The position numbers and the translations under genes are program-made. This document shows positions 13,443 to 27,475 of a stretch of DNA of 64,000 nucleotides, one piece after another. Position 1 is the stretch's first letter. Each line of letters starts with the position of its first letter. The stretch lies in assembly GCA_964016885.1 (NCBI GenBank), contig OZ024743.1:29140001-29204000 (forward strand), read 5' to 3'. The stretch is from Eledone cirrhosa. Taxonomy: Eukaryota. The notes below the pieces were generated by a model, which saw only the letters and a program-made list of their open reading frames with translations, did no database searches and was not told the origin of the DNA.

Positions 13443-13849
13443 TTTAGTTAAATTAGAGGGGGTGGCTAATATGAACAGCGTAGGGGTAATTTGAAATCAG
13501 ATTAAGGGAGGTAACTTGAAATTAGGAGTGACATGAAGTTTATATATATATATATATATATACGTATATATGTATATTTCTTTTTTTAAAGTTGCGACAG
13601 TAAGCATAAAACAAAAAAAAAAAACGTGGAAGCGAAGATGCAGTACAAATATACATATATAGATAATGATAATGATGGTAAAGGATTTTCCGTCGATTTC
13701 AGCTACATGATGAAGGGTACGTCTAACTTGTGAATTAATGTGTAAGTTGTTGAGTATTCTACTGACATGCATTCCCTTAATGTAATCCCCAATCTGAATG
13801 AGCGTGATACAATAAGACTTACTGATATGGCCTTATTAGGGTCATCTTG

Positions 13850-14375
13850 ACCTCAGGTCACTGAACAAACACGTGATGGCCATCAGTGAGACCAGAGTTT
13901 CTGAGACCCGAGCCTTCGCACACATTTTCAGAGGCTACGAGGTGTACGCATCTCCAAGAACGTCCAGGATCGGCAGTTGAGTCACTGTTGTGTCAGAAAG
14001 GCTTGGATTTCACGATACATTTTCTAGACCAAAATGTAAGTTGATGTTGCTGGACGTGGTCAGCAACGAAGAACATACCTTCAGGCGAGTGCCGTTTATA
14101 CCCCCAAAAGGATCTGGACAGTTTCATTTCTTCAGGCGCCTGAAGATCTTTCCAGGAATGCCCCTCACTTTTGATTTAGTGGACGACTGGAACGATATCT
14201 TAGACGCACGCTGGGATTGTGTGGGGGTAGCAGATAGGGGAGGCGGGTGTAAAAGACTTGCAAAACTGTTCAAATATTTCCAGCTATGCGACAGGTACCG
14301 ATTGGATTTCCCAAATTTGCCATAGTGGACATGCTCAAATCGTCAATTAGATCACATCTAGATAGAGTGTGGATT
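13850..14375 (+). pseudogene. Degraded APE endonuclease of an L1/Tx1-type non-LTR retrotransposon
   Basis: Across frames: VMAISETRV, LLDVV...FRRVPFIPP, FFRRL, LVDDWNDILD (GDWN motif), DRYRLDFPNLP*WT, SHLDRVW. Confidence 0.75.
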
Positions 14376-14379
14376 TCTA

Positions 14380-14588
14380 ATTTAGGCACATGGCCAGCAG
14401 ATTTGAGGGAAGGGCTAAGTTGATTAAATCAACCCGAGCATTCGTCTGGTACTTTATTTTATCGACCTCGGAAGGATGAAAAGCATACTTAAGCTCTGCG
14501 GGATTTGAATTGAGAACGTAAAAAGTCGCAAATAAATATTGCAAAGTATTTTGTACGCAGCTTTACTGATACTGCCAATCCATCGTCC
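14380..14588 (-). mobile_element. Family A SINE
   Basis: Reverse complement of the family A body (CTGGTACTTTATTTTATCGAC, GGATTTGAA, GATACTGCCAATCC). Confidence 0.8.
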
Positions 14589-15809
14589 TCTCTTAATATT
14601 AACAATATGTTCCAAGCTAGCTGCAAACCTCATATTCTGAATAAACCTACCCAGTATTTGGCTGCTATTTATTTTATTAACCTAAGAAGGATGAAAATCA
14701 AAGTTAACTTCGGCAGGGTTTGAACTTAGAACATATCAAAAGATTACTTAATTCCTTACCTTATTTTGTCTGTGTTTTACCAGTTTTTCCACAATGGTTT
14801 CTTCTGTCGGCACACGAATACAGAAAGTGTTTTGTAGTCTGAAATTAGCTCTGAGATATGACTTGCATATATTTCATTCAATCACGTGATATTGAAACCG
14901 AAGTTAGATATTCAATTCAATATTCTATTAAGTTTATAGCTTACTGTTGAAATTCATCTTGCAGCTGCAACTTACTGCTATATCAATGTTATTGTTGAGA
15001 TACTTTACTGATATATCAATGTTAATTTAGCATAATCTGAATAATTTTGCTACATTTTAGTTTACATTGAAAAATATCTTAGCATTATCTCAATGATATT
15101 CTATTAAAATCTAAATACCAAACAATGCGACTAGACTGGAAATTTGAGTTACAAGTACAATCTATCAGACAGAATTTCACAACAAATACTTGCATGGTGG
15201 GATCTATTCCGGAACACTATAATCTAAAATTGTGAAGCGAACTTTTTATGCACTTAACCATATTTTTACATTCGTGATTGTGTATAAAGATATCCAGTTG
15301 GTGATTGGTGATGGGGGACAACCTAGTTCGTTTGTACTTCTTCAATATAGTTGCCTAAGAATCCCCAGTGAACTATGAAGTTGTATTCAGAATTTGAAGG
15401 GAGACACATAGGAAGAGGAGACCAGTCACTCATTTAGCAATTTCAAATGGGGAAAAGCTGAAGTAGATTTACTATCAAATGTAGTTAGCAAAGAACTGTC
15501 AGAGATCAGAGCAGTTGGCTGAATTGAAATAGCATGGAGATAAAAAAATAGCATTGTTGTGGTAGGAAAAAACAAACAGAAGAGGACAGAAAATATGATA
15601 ACTGGGCAAAGGTTGGCTTTAGAAACTGGTGCATAAATAAATGAAGGCTTGATAGATGCCTATGTAAAATCTTTGGTTTGTCCTGTTCCTTCCTATTTTC
15701 ATTTCTTTTTAATGAGCTTGGTAATAAAACTAGCTATTTTGAGAAGTTTAAATTGCTAAATTTCAGGAAATGAATAATTAGATTTAATGTGAGCTCAGCA
15801 CTCACCAAA

Positions 15810-15995
15810 CCTGTCATCTCTCCTCGTCCGACACGGAGATCTTCCACCCACTTTGGGGTAGGTGAGAGATGTCTTCTCTCGTGAAAATGGCTATAGCTTT
15901 CGTTATGTAACATCTCCCAATTTTGCTTTATGTCTCCCCGTTTTGAGGCACCTTTTTTCATGGTACTTCTTATTTAGGCTGTTAGAGGTTGGCAG
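15810..15995. repeat. Dispersed ~180-bp repeat, copy 1 (copy 2 at ~17475-17643)
   Basis: CGTCCGAC..GGAGATCT...TAGGTGAG.GATGTCTTCTCT.GT.AAA...TATAGCTTTC.TTATGTAA...TCTCCCCGTTTTG.GGCAC...CATGGTACT...TTAGAGGT.GGCA in both copies. Confidence 0.7.
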
Positions 15996-16839
15996 GTCTG
16001 ATTCACTGTTGTTGCTTAGCTCCAAGTCAGATATTGAGCAAATTTAAAATTAAAAGCATTCCAGCCACGATCATACAGAATTGTAGCCACACATTGAGTA
16101 TCTAAGACCACATTATCCGAATATTATTATCCTTATATTTTAAGACAGTTGGTTATAATCTTAGGGAGTTATTATTTCTAGTAAGTCAAGTAACCACACA
16201 GTGGCTCTAGACTTGTCTCTTTACAATACAGCGACTCTCCCACTCCAATAAATAAGAAACATAGGAGCTGACAGTTCCAAACAAAAGAGATTCTAGCTGT
16301 GATTCAGAAGAATTCCCACTAATGCCAAGGATTACTGACTTGACTTTAAACGTTATAATAACAAGGCAATATGCCAGTGCAGACAGTGATAATCCTTCAA
16401 CTACAGAAATCAAGACAGAAACGTTTTGTTAAGAAAGCTCACATTTTTCTTACCATTTTATGTATGTTGGACCTCCATCGGCTCGAGCGATGAGTGTTCT
16501 AGTTGCTTAATCAACGGAACGGCACATTCGTGAAATTAGCATGCCAGTGACTGAATATTTCACACACGTGTATCCTCAACATAGTTCCTAGAGAAATTGA
16601 GTGTGACTATAGCTACAGATAGTCCTTTCTGAAGGGACTGGAACAACATTTCTTTCTGAAGGATACAATGCACTGTTGGGAATCGAACTCAATGGTGAGC
16701 CAAACACCCTCCTAACTAAGCCAGGCGCCTTTACTGACATATTATCACATAATGCTATTACATGCTAATATTCTATCGACATATCATTGTTACCTGACAT
16801 ATCACCACGTGGACATGGAATGGATCTCCGTCACTTTTG

Positions 16840-17165
16840 ACGATGAGTGTTTCCGTTGTTTGGTCATCGAAACAGCTTGCTCATGAAATTAACGTGTAAA
16901 TGGCTGACCACACCTCAGACACGTGTACCCTTAAGACAATACTTAGGGAGTTGTAGCGTGACAGTGTGTGACAAGCTCCCCTTCCCCTTTGAGTTACAGG
17001 TACAGTTCATCCAAACAGTTACTGCCCATTCATATTCAATCACCAGATATAGGTCGATTCAAAGCTATGATAAAGGACATTTTCCAAAGATGCAATGTAG
17101 TGGGATCGAACTCTTGAAATTATGATTGTGAAGTAAACTTTTTAACCATTCAACCACGCACGCCT
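16840..17165 (-). mobile_element. Family B SINE (another degenerate copy at 16485-16730)
   Basis: GCTCATGAAATTAACGTG...ACACGTGTACCCTTAA...GTGTGACAAG...GGGATCGAACTC (reverse B box). Confidence 0.7.
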
Positions 17166-18749
17166 TTATTGTCATAGAATGATCTAACAGGATTCTTACG
17201 ATCTAAGAGACGAGGGGAAGTTTATAGTTAGTTTGGTGTCCAATGTAATTGGAGATTTGATCGTGTATAGTATGCTGTTGCTAAGCTGAGTGTAAGGGCG
17301 TTTTCAGCTAGACCTGCTGCAAAAGGTATAGCAGGTGTTTTTCTGTGTATTTTAGGGATGCCAGCAAAAAAAAAGCAACGTATATAGCTCAGAGGCGAGC
17401 ATAGTAAGTTCAGATATAATCGAACGTAAAAAACTGGAACATATATTGCTTCGCATTTCCAGACTTGTCAACTCACCCGTCCGACGGGGAGATCTCTCAC
17501 CCAAATTGGATAGGTGAGGGATGTCTTCTCTTGTAAAATTGGGTATAGCTTTCATTATGTAAAATCTCATTTTACCTCATTTCTCCCCGTTTTGGGGCAC
17601 TTTTTTTCATGGTACTCTCCGTTTGGGTTTTTAGAGGTCGGCATTTGTTTGACATTCTAACGATTCTGCCAATCCATCCTCTGCACAAAGTATAAGAATA
17701 ACAGCAATAAAACCAGCTAGACATTATATCGGCAGAAGTAACTGGATGTTTCTTGGTCGCAATCTGTGTGAAAGTAGATGTGAAGGGAATAGGTTCAAGG
17801 GAGATTATATTGCGTTTAGTCGAAATAGTGGTAAGCAGAAGTGTTGGTTATAAGCTCATCTTTTATATATGGAAACATGTAATTCATAGCATAACCTCAA
17901 CTCATAATAAACACAGCAACTCATATCATCTGAAGGATTGCTAGAGATTTTCGAAGAAACTAAAAAAGTAGGTATCATTTCCAAACTAGATATAAGCAAT
18001 ATAGGAAAAAATCTAATATAAAATATAAAATCTAAGTCATGTCTTTAATGACACACACACTGAGGCACACATGCACATTTATATAAGCTTATACCGCTTA
18101 CATGAATAAATGCATATTTACGCACATGCATATATATATATATATACATACATACATACATATTTGCATGCATTCATACATACATACATACATAAACCTG
18201 ATACATCCATCCATCTATCCATCCATACATATATACGTACATACATACATACATACATAGATACATACATACATAGATACGTACGTACATGATTATTTTG
18301 GTGCTATCAGGAAACCGGAGGACATTCTTTCATTGAATATATGGACGCCATTGATGATTTACAGGGATAAAATCCACTGATACTTAAACCATTCCAGAGT
18401 TAAATAGTTTCGGCAACAAACATGTTTCGTTGTCCGAAAAATGGCTGTCATAGATAACAATTGCTATTCCAACTCTTGTGATGTTAATCGAATTTCGAAA
18501 GACATTAAAAAACAACCACATGCCACTGTAGAATAGAACGGTAAGCGTGTACACAACCGCTGACATCATCGTCTCCATCTTCATCTCCACTCATCGTTTA
18601 TATATCTCATATATCTCATATAAAACCGATCAAATAAAAAAATATATATACAAGTTATATACAACTTAAAATCAATATATAACCGCAGTCTATGAAGAAT
18701 TTTTTCAATTTCTTTAAAAAACCCTTGGATAACAGACCATTTGTGATGA

Positions 18750-19620
18750 GAGAAGGGGGAAATGAACCACTCTAATGCAACAAAAATAACAACAAGAAAA
18801 CTATTGACTATATCGCTGGAGAATGTATGAAAACATATGAGAACGTGTAGTGGGCAATCAATATCTGCCTACAAGCAACTTTTATCATACTTTAAGGTCA
18901 TCTAGGAGGTCCTGATGCGTTTGTGGTAATGGAATAATTCCTCGTAAACAACCCAAGTTGATAACAAAGCAAGGAGGAAAATCAACAGCCTGCATAGCAG
19001 AATCAGGTATTGTCATATGGTCAAGCTTCACCGTACACCATTTACATCTCATGACAAAAAAAAAAAAAGAAAAAAATGATTAAAATGTACAAAGATTCTA
19101 CAATCCAAATACACGAGGGGGAATTAATAACTTCAATGCACGAATTTCAAAATATAATAAAAAAATATTTGATTCATTTGAAATATTTTCATCTGGTAGT
19201 GACCCATTTATAAGCTTAAGTGTAGTAACATTGTTATTTAATGGGCCGCTGATACATGTTCATTTAATACAGCATTTTAAAATTATCTATATTAATTATG
19301 GATGGTGATATTCATAGTTTAAGTAGCATCAAGAGACAGTACTCCTTTGATATATCGATGTTCTGACTCTTCTATGGTTTTCATCACTATGCCAACTGGT
19401 GAAAAGAACAAAAACACCAGTATATTATTATTATGAATCGTACCATCCATAAACAAAGAACTTATCAAATACCTGCAACAGGGGAAATTAGCATATAGAA
19501 ATGTATTAGAAAAACAAAATTGATAAGGAAAGGCATCCGTGCTAAAACTTGGAATATCAAGCAAGCCATAGTTCCCTCCACCTGTCTGACCATCCGTAAT
19601 GCTGAAGACCATAAACCCAT
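18750..19620 (+). pseudogene. Possible highly degraded PIF1-like (Helitron) helicase
   Basis: Interrupted peptides IAGECMKTYENV*WAINICLQ...LGG, STACIAES, VPSINKELIKYL...AYRNV, FPPPV*PSVML resemble PIF1 motifs in the expected order. Weak. Confidence 0.35.
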
Positions 19621-19771
19621 CTAATCTATGCCAGTAGAGATAGCAGATGTAAAATAAGGATTTCTGATTCAGGCTTGAACAAAAGGATGATGTCGTCATC
19701 TACCACGGGATGTTTTATGCGGCTGTTTACTTGTAAACAAGCCGAAAATTAATAATATTATGATATTATAA

Positions 19772-20162
19772 TGGGGATTGGCAATATCGGTAGAGGGTCG
19801 GATGCCATGCTTTGCAGCAAAGAGTTACGGCCCTTTATGATCTGAGTTCAAATCCCGCCGAGGTTAACTTTGCCTTTCATCCTTACGGGGTTGATAAAAT
19901 TAATTACCAGTAATACACTGGGATAATTGCTGGCCTTGTGCCAAGAGTAGAAACAATTATTATAATGTTATTATTGTGAATTGGCAGTATTGGTAGAAGG
20001 TTGGACGCCATGCTTTCTAGCATAGTTACGCCCCTTTACGGTCTGAGTTCAAATCCCGTCGAGGTTAACTTTGCCTTTTATCCTTACGGGGTCGATAAAA
20101 TAAAGTACCAGTAATGTACTGGTGAATTGCTGGCCTTGTGCCTAAAGTAGAAACAATTATTA
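19772..20162 (+). mobile_element. Two head-to-tail family A SINEs (19772-19961, 19977-20162)
   Basis: A and B boxes and full body in both; each ends AGTAGAAACAATTATTA. Confidence 0.88.
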
Positions 20163-21634
20163 TTCACTCCCGAATACAAATGTATTAGATTATTAAAAAA
20201 AGAAGTTGACATATATGAATAACTACAAGCACACATTCATCTGTAGTCATCCAGGTAGTAAACTCCCCATAGCTCCGTATTTCTTTTAGGAGCCAGAGAA
20301 ATTTATTTTGTTTCTCGCAGAACACGAGAGTTATGATATCAAGTTAAGAGTTCAGTTTCTGATGTTGAAAAACTTCATCGGAGATTTCTGTCCACTTCAA
20401 TCAAGCAACATTTTTGATATCGGCTATTGTATCGTGTGTATCGTGTATATAAGGGAGTCCGCACGTGAAGCTTGATGGCAATATGGATGACTGGACTATA
20501 TTTTGGGGTCCCCGACAGAAGCACTAGCATCTCGAATATGGATGTTATTCATTGCTCTCAACCTGTTTTGATTCCTTCAAGGAAAAACCACATTTTCTGT
20601 CTTAATTTTAGTATAGATATCTGTCATTGATTGCCTAGTTATGATTTTGAATAGCAGAATTTGAGCGAATTGATTCCGCATTATGAAACAAAATGAGTAT
20701 AATTCATTGCAAATAATTAATCAACTATTGATCTGCCATACCTAAAAATGGTATTTATCCTTACTATCCCAGACGATGAGAAGCCCGTCGTCCGTGTTGT
20801 TCATCAACGATGATGATTGCTATTTAATCAGTGACAGCTGCCTTCTATTTCCAATTATGTCCTGTACTTGAACGATTTTCTGTTCTGATTATGATTTTCA
20901 GATTTCTGGAGTTGTTCCTGTGCTTCAGTGCATATTTGAAGAGTTGGAGATTCAGTGCATATTTAACGTAATGATTTTGGTGAATCATTTCCTGTAACTT
21001 CAAGATTATGTACAACTTAAATCTCTCATAGAAACTGGCGCATCACTGTTGCGACTTTGTTAAATTTTGACTGCTCAAATTTGAAATGCTGAAACAAATT
21101 TTTGAAGATGGCCATTGAAGTGTGGGGATTAAAGAGTATTTTGGAGAAGTAGAGTTTTGAGAAATTGAGAAGGCTTTATGCATTAATGAGTTATTGAAAA
21201 TACACCCTAATCAACATGCACTTGGTGCAGGTCACCCTTTTGGCCTCTCAATGATGATAACATTTTCCCAATGATGATTTGTAGGATGCTGCTGTAGTTG
21301 GTATGGAGATCATAGAAGAAAGTACTCACCACCCAATAAATATTTCTTATGGCCTGAGGTTGTTGCACTGTAAGACACAGTATTTGATCAGCATTGCTCA
21401 CAACTTGCCCATGTTTTCCTTTTTGTTGTTCTCTTCCACACTAAGCGATCCATCTTTGTTTTGAATAATAACAATTTTGTATAATAGATGAACGAGAAAA
21501 GAAAATAACATGATTAAATGAAACTGCCAGTTTTATCTATTGCAACTTTAAGTTACAAAATGTTCTTATTTTATCAAAAGATACGCGAGGAAATAAGTTT
21601 AACGTATTTATTAACAGTTGTTTTTGATGCGTTT

Positions 21635-21887
21635 TGTTGTGAATGACGATAACGATGTTGAGGACGATGATGATGATGTTGGTAATGTTGTTGTTGATGT
21701 TAATGATGATGATGTTGATGATGATAAAGATGGTGCTGCTGCGGCTGATGTTGCTGTTGATGGTGATGTTGATGATGATGATAATGATGATGGTTGTGTT
21801 GGTGATGATCGCGTTTTTTTTTGGGGGGGGGGGGATCTTATTTCTATTGTTGATGCAGCTGCTGTTATTATTGTCTAAGTTAGAAAA

Positions 21888-21950
<63 letters not shown>

Positions 21951-22030
21951 AAATATAATTACTATCAGCATGAGAGTCTTTATCCTCCTCCTCCTCCTCT
22001 TCCCCCTCCTCATTATCATCATCATCATCA
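21635..22030. repeat. Low-complexity GAT/GTT, (TAT)n, (CCT)n and (CAT)n trinucleotide region
   Basis: Direct inspection. Confidence 0.9.
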
Positions 22031-22161
22031 ATATCTCGCCTATATTCATTTATGTTAGGCAAGTTATATAAGTAACAAAATTGTAGCCAACACGTTTTAC
22101 CATTATTCCTCCCATATGATCGATTAATTTCATACTTCACTGGTCTCAGGATGTGCGCAAT

Positions 22162-22193
<32 letters not shown>

Positions 22194-22334
22194 TGTATGT
22201 ATGTATGTATGTATGTATGTATGTGTATGCATGTATGTATGTATGTATGTATGTATGTATGTATGTATGTATGTATGTATGTATGTATGTATGTATGTGT
22301 GTGTGTGTATGTGTGTATATATATATATATATAG

Positions 22335-22552
22335 AGATTTTGAGTTTATGTTGGTTGTATACCAACACCTCAGTATGACTCCAGTTCCCCAGTGAATTAA
22401 CAACCCAGCAAGGAACTGGGCATATCAGAGTATTGTCTATACCATACTAATTCAAACTGTCTGAAGAGGTCACAGCCAAAGATGGCTGTCACTGAAATAT
22501 ATATAGCAGTAATAAACGAAGGTAAATTTTAATCATTTGACTTTTATTTAAC

Positions 22553-22560
<8 letters not shown>
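22335..22560 (+). mobile_element. ~225-bp hammerhead-containing insert in (TA)n (PLE 3' end-like)
   Basis: TA tracts on both sides, hairpin CCAGTTCC/GGAACTGG, hammerhead at 22456-22510. Confidence 0.7.
22456..22510 (+). ncRNA. Hammerhead ribozyme (type I, minimal stem III)
   Basis: actgt CTGAAGA ggtcacagcca-aaga-tggctgtcact GAAA tatata TA gcagt. All core nucleotides present, stems I and II pair. Confidence 0.85.
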
Positions 22561-22612
<52 letters not shown>

Positions 22613-22691
22613 TATACACGTATACAGCCACTTTCATACAACACCTCGATCCTATCTTATATATATATAGATAGTAAATACATATAAACGT

Positions 22692-22760
<69 letters not shown>

Positions 22761-24882
22761 GTGTGTAGAGTGGGTGTATGTGTTTGTTATGCATTTTGTG
22801 GCTAAACAATGTAACAATATTGAAATTTAAACACAAAATATGGGAATAAATGCACACACTATGAACAAAGGAGACGAATCGACAGAGTCATTAAAACATC
22901 TAGCACCACATTACTTGGTATTTGTTCCGACTCTCTTCGCTTTGCGTTGAAATAGCATGCAGGTTAAGCTTGTTTTTTATCCTGAAAGGGGTCAACCGAA
23001 TAAACTACTAGCCCAATAGATTGGCGGAATTATTAGAGCGGAATTAATCAAGAACTCCTTGAAAGTTACATACAACTGTATTGGCAACATAACGAATTTG
23101 ATTTGCAGCATCAATATTACAATAGCAACTTAATATTTAGCGTAACCCAATACAACTGTACCACCATCAGTTCATGCCTACATGACAGCAATGTGTTGGT
23201 AACATGTGTCAAATTGAAGTTGGTAGAAGACAGTAAAAGGATATGTAGGCTGAACAAAACGTTCAAGCACATACAGGATATATGGCCGAATGTTTCAGAT
23301 GTTCGCTTCGCAATTATTACGTCTCGGGTTCGATCCTACTGCGTCTGCCATCTTGGGGAAATATCATTTACCATAGTCTCGGAGGCGATCTATGACTAGC
23401 GAGTCAGATGGACTGTACATGTAATTCAAAGGGCCAGCTATATCACATTGTGTCAGGCTGAATTTCGCTAAGAATTACGTTGAGGGTGCACTTACTATGG
23501 TAAGGTCTAAAATTTGCGAAACCATATTGTGGAGAAACTGGATAGTGCTGCTTATGTGAAAAATCTTTTATATTGAAGTCGCTTTTCAATCTTTTGAAAT
23601 CTAGGTTGAATATATTGCAATTTTATCGGCTGAACTTTTCAAACATTATTCGAGCTTTTATGATGTTCCTTGATGTTCTATATATATTTCTTCCTATGAA
23701 CATTTAGAGTTCTCTTACCTAACTGGCATTTTGAGTCAAAGACTTTCTAGTAGCTAAATTTTGTTTAAGGATATTTCATAGGATATTGAAAACTATTACT
23801 AATCTGATTTTCATTTCCCCCATAATTCAAAAAGAACTAAAATTTGTATGTCGGCTCTTCTACACATTTTCTCGTTATTTTATCAATTTATTTATTTATT
23901 AAGTACAGAGCCGCTGTGTTCCTCCTGCTGTCAATATATACGTCTGTCTCCCCAAGACAATTTCTTCTTCTTCTTCTTCTTCTTTCACTCTATTCACTAT
24001 TATTTCTTGTATTAAATCAAAATACCTTGTCACCTCTTAAATATTTTAAGTGTTAAACTTTAAATTTTAGAAACACAGTGTTTATAAGTAAACATATTGA
24101 TAAAAAAATATGACACCAATATAAGCATGTCATTTATAGCAACACTTCCACGCGTGTTTTTGTGCCCGTGTGGAAAATAAAGAAAATTAAAAACGAAGAA
24201 AGATCTCTTTAAATATACTAACTGAAATTTAAACACTTACCTCATTATTTATGAAATACCATGAACTTTGAACTCCTTCCCAATTTTTTGCAGATACCCC
24301 CCTCCCCCAGCACACTCTTATAAGAACTGACTCAAGAAAAATACACATGCATACGTTGGTATTGGGACTTCGACGGTTCCGACGAAATTCCTTGGGACTT
24401 CGATGGATCCTTCACCAAAAGTACAGCTAGCTCGTGAAATAACGTGCGGCTAGAAGCGAACTTACAGCTCTACAATTATGAGCTTGACCACTAAGTCACC
24501 CGCCTTCACACACATACCAACATATATACAAACATGTGTGTCTATACACACATACACACACACACGTATACACAATAAAAAACATATGCATATATACATT
24601 AGCTTCCCTCGTACTCTTTCCTTTAGTAGGAATGACGCTTTACTTTAATCTGTAAAGATGAATATCCAGTCTGATGAAAGACACCATTGAGATCTATCTG
24701 TTGTTTTGACGAAACGCAACACAAAATGTTCGTTTTTTTCTCTTTTTCATTATAGCGCTTAATTGTTGTATACTATGTATACTAGTGTATTTGTGTTTAC
24801 GTACTATATACATACATACACACACACATATATATATATGTATGTGTGTGTATGTATATGTATGTATATATATATATATATA

Positions 24883-27309
24883 ATATTAATTCAGAATATT
24901 AACAAAAATAGAACTTCTTGTGATCAAGTATATTTTATTATACATATTTCAGAGGTACTGAGCTAACTTAAACAGTACGTCCTCATCAGATAAAATAAGA
25001 TAAAGCTTTGTAGATAAAGTAGATAAAGCTTTGTCTACATTCCAAGCCTCGCAAAAAGTCAGGAAAAAACACTAAATAAACAGGTTCTAATTTTTGACGT
25101 CTCTTATCAACTGTGTACCTAAAACGTTATAACAGATTATAAAACTTTAATAATTTATTTTTTATTTTTTTTATTCATTTATGATATGATTAATGTTAGA
25201 TTAAAGGATCCTGTTTAGGTATGTAAACATATTATTTGTTAACACGATCTCTTGAGGAATGTGCATATCTTTTGATTGTTTAGATATATTTAATTTTGAT
25301 TGGGATTCTTGTATATTTTTTAAATATATGGCTTATATGATTAACAGTTATAATGTACCGTAAATCATTCATGCATTTATGTTTTTGTATATTTATTCAT
25401 TTGGAGTATGTTTTACGATTCAGGAAGTATGATTTATATATTTTTATTTATACATATTTACGGTATATGCGTCACACACGATACTAGTCGACAAACTTTT
25501 TTCCACCTAACTTGATGTAAAACTTCAATTATAACATTACTAACAATGATTGTACTTATTATTTATTATATGTATATCGATCACTAATATCTGGAATACT
25601 CTATTTATATTTGAACAAATCTGTATATCTAGTATAATAACATGCTTCTAGTTACATTTATAAGTACTTTAGATACTTTATTGACTTTCTAGTGTTATAA
25701 TCGTTAAATATTATTTTAATATTTTCTAAATTTTCTAAGTTATATAACGATTATTATTTAATTTAATTTAATTAAAATTTGGGTTACCTTCGGGTCAATT
25801 AAATCCTTAGGTTTTCTCTTTCTCAAGTTTGCAGACACATTATACTACTATATAAATAAAAAAAAAAACTTTTCTTGTATTTTTAAACTATATAGCTTGG
25901 ATATTGGGCATTTTTAAGATCGCAAACAATTCACTTTTTTCCTTTGAATCTGGTTCTTATCCTTATGATTCATGAAGTTTGACTTGTATATTTATAGTAT
26001 ATATGTATTACATGACCCTATTATAATAATTGATCTAAAACCTTAATTTTTAACAATATTATCAGTAACTTATTTATTGTATTATATTATGTTATATATA
26101 ACTGATAGGTATCATCTTAATCTTTAGACAATATAATCTTTGTTTATATTTAGACAAATGCATATATCTAATTTAATAATAAACTTTTTTTAAAGTTTAA
26201 TTATAAGGCCTTTTGATGCTTTAAGGCTTTCTAATTGTTAATCTTAATTTTTAAAATTATAACTCTAATTATTTTATAAATTATATAATGCGAATTATCT
26301 TCAATATAATATAAATAATTAAATATAATATAATAAAATTTAATAAGAATTACCTTCGTGAGAATGAAAATACCATTTCTTCTTTCTCATGTTTGCAAAT
26401 AGTTTAAATATGATTTCGTAAATATGATTTTATAAATTAAATATCATAGCATACTTTAATATTAATACAGATATTTATAAACTTTTATAGCCTGAAATAT
26501 TATACACTTTGATTAATTCATTACTCTGAACTAACTTAAATGATTTGAAAGTTAACGGTCAACGGGATACGTTTGGATAGTATATATTAGTATTATAGTA
26601 TATATTAGTATTAACTAAGGACTGGAAATTAACCTTCATATAATTACACCCAGTTATATTTAGGATTTAGATTGATGAATACTTCTAGATAATTCAATAA
26701 TTCAAAGATTCGAGTTTAATCTTTCGCAAAGCTATGCCCTAATGTATAGTTATGTATAGATATATATAATTCATCCATCCCTATAGTTATTCCTCTTTGT
26801 CTCTCTTTCCTTGATCAATTATCTTTTGCTCTCTATACCTCTACTAGCTATATTATCCCCTCATCTGTTTTCTCTCTGTCTTTCTTTTTTTCTTTCCTCT
26901 TTCTTCAATATTTTAAATTATTTGAATCTCTAACAGTTATGTAAATTGTTGTTATGTATTTTTAAGCTTCCTCACACGCACCCTCTATATTATATGTATA
27001 ATATATAAGTTTTTTCATGTCTCAATCTTAAGGTATATAAATATTGAGTTTTGTCATATCTTACTCTCTACCATGACTGGATCTTAACCATCTACTATGT
27101 CAGGGTATGTCATGCATCATCTTATTTTATCTGAGTTAGCTCAGTACCTCTGAAATATGTATAATAAAATATACTTGATCACAAGAAGTTCTAGTTTTGT
27201 TAATATTCTGAATTAATATTAATAACTCCAGAAAACCATTGCTGTTGAGTGCTACCAGTCTATTGTAAAACTCATTCTTTGATTTATTCATTGAACCTTG
27301 TTTAACCTT

Positions 27310-27313
<4 letters not shown>
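24883..27313 (+). mobile_element. 2.4-kb non-coding PLE-like element with inverted hammerhead-bearing terminal repeats
   Basis: 24883-25001 is the reverse complement of ~27119-27220. Unique 3' tail 27221-27313 contains GTTGAGTGCT. TA tracts flank both ends. No ORF of 60 aa or more in the interior. Confidence 0.72.
24931..24997 (-). ncRNA. Hammerhead ribozyme
   Basis: Minus strand: tattttat CTGATGA ggacgtactg-tttaagttagct-cagtacctct GAAA tatgta TA ataaaata. The plus-strand counterpart at 27123-27171 has an 18-nt deletion through the core. Confidence 0.82.
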
Positions 27314-27377
<64 letters not shown>

Positions 27378-27406
27378 AACAAAAGATGGTTAAAGGAGTT
27401 CCATGT

Positions 27407-27475
27407 ATTTTATTATGCGCATTTCAAAAACAAATATCATCATGCAATAATATTTGTGTTTTCATCAGATAAAAC
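27407..27475 (-). ncRNA. Hammerhead ribozyme (inverted pLTR copy)
   Basis: Reverse complement of 29950-30018. Confidence 0.82.

Noticed and set aside
20400-21450. Possible host exon or Helitron Rep motif (GSPHV)
   Set aside because: No sustained frame or supporting motifs; cannot be assigned by eye.
24668-24725. Hammerhead candidate CTGATGA...GAAAC
   Set aside because: Stem II is poorly registered and there is no stem III, cleavage triplet or stem I partner; at best a decayed relic.
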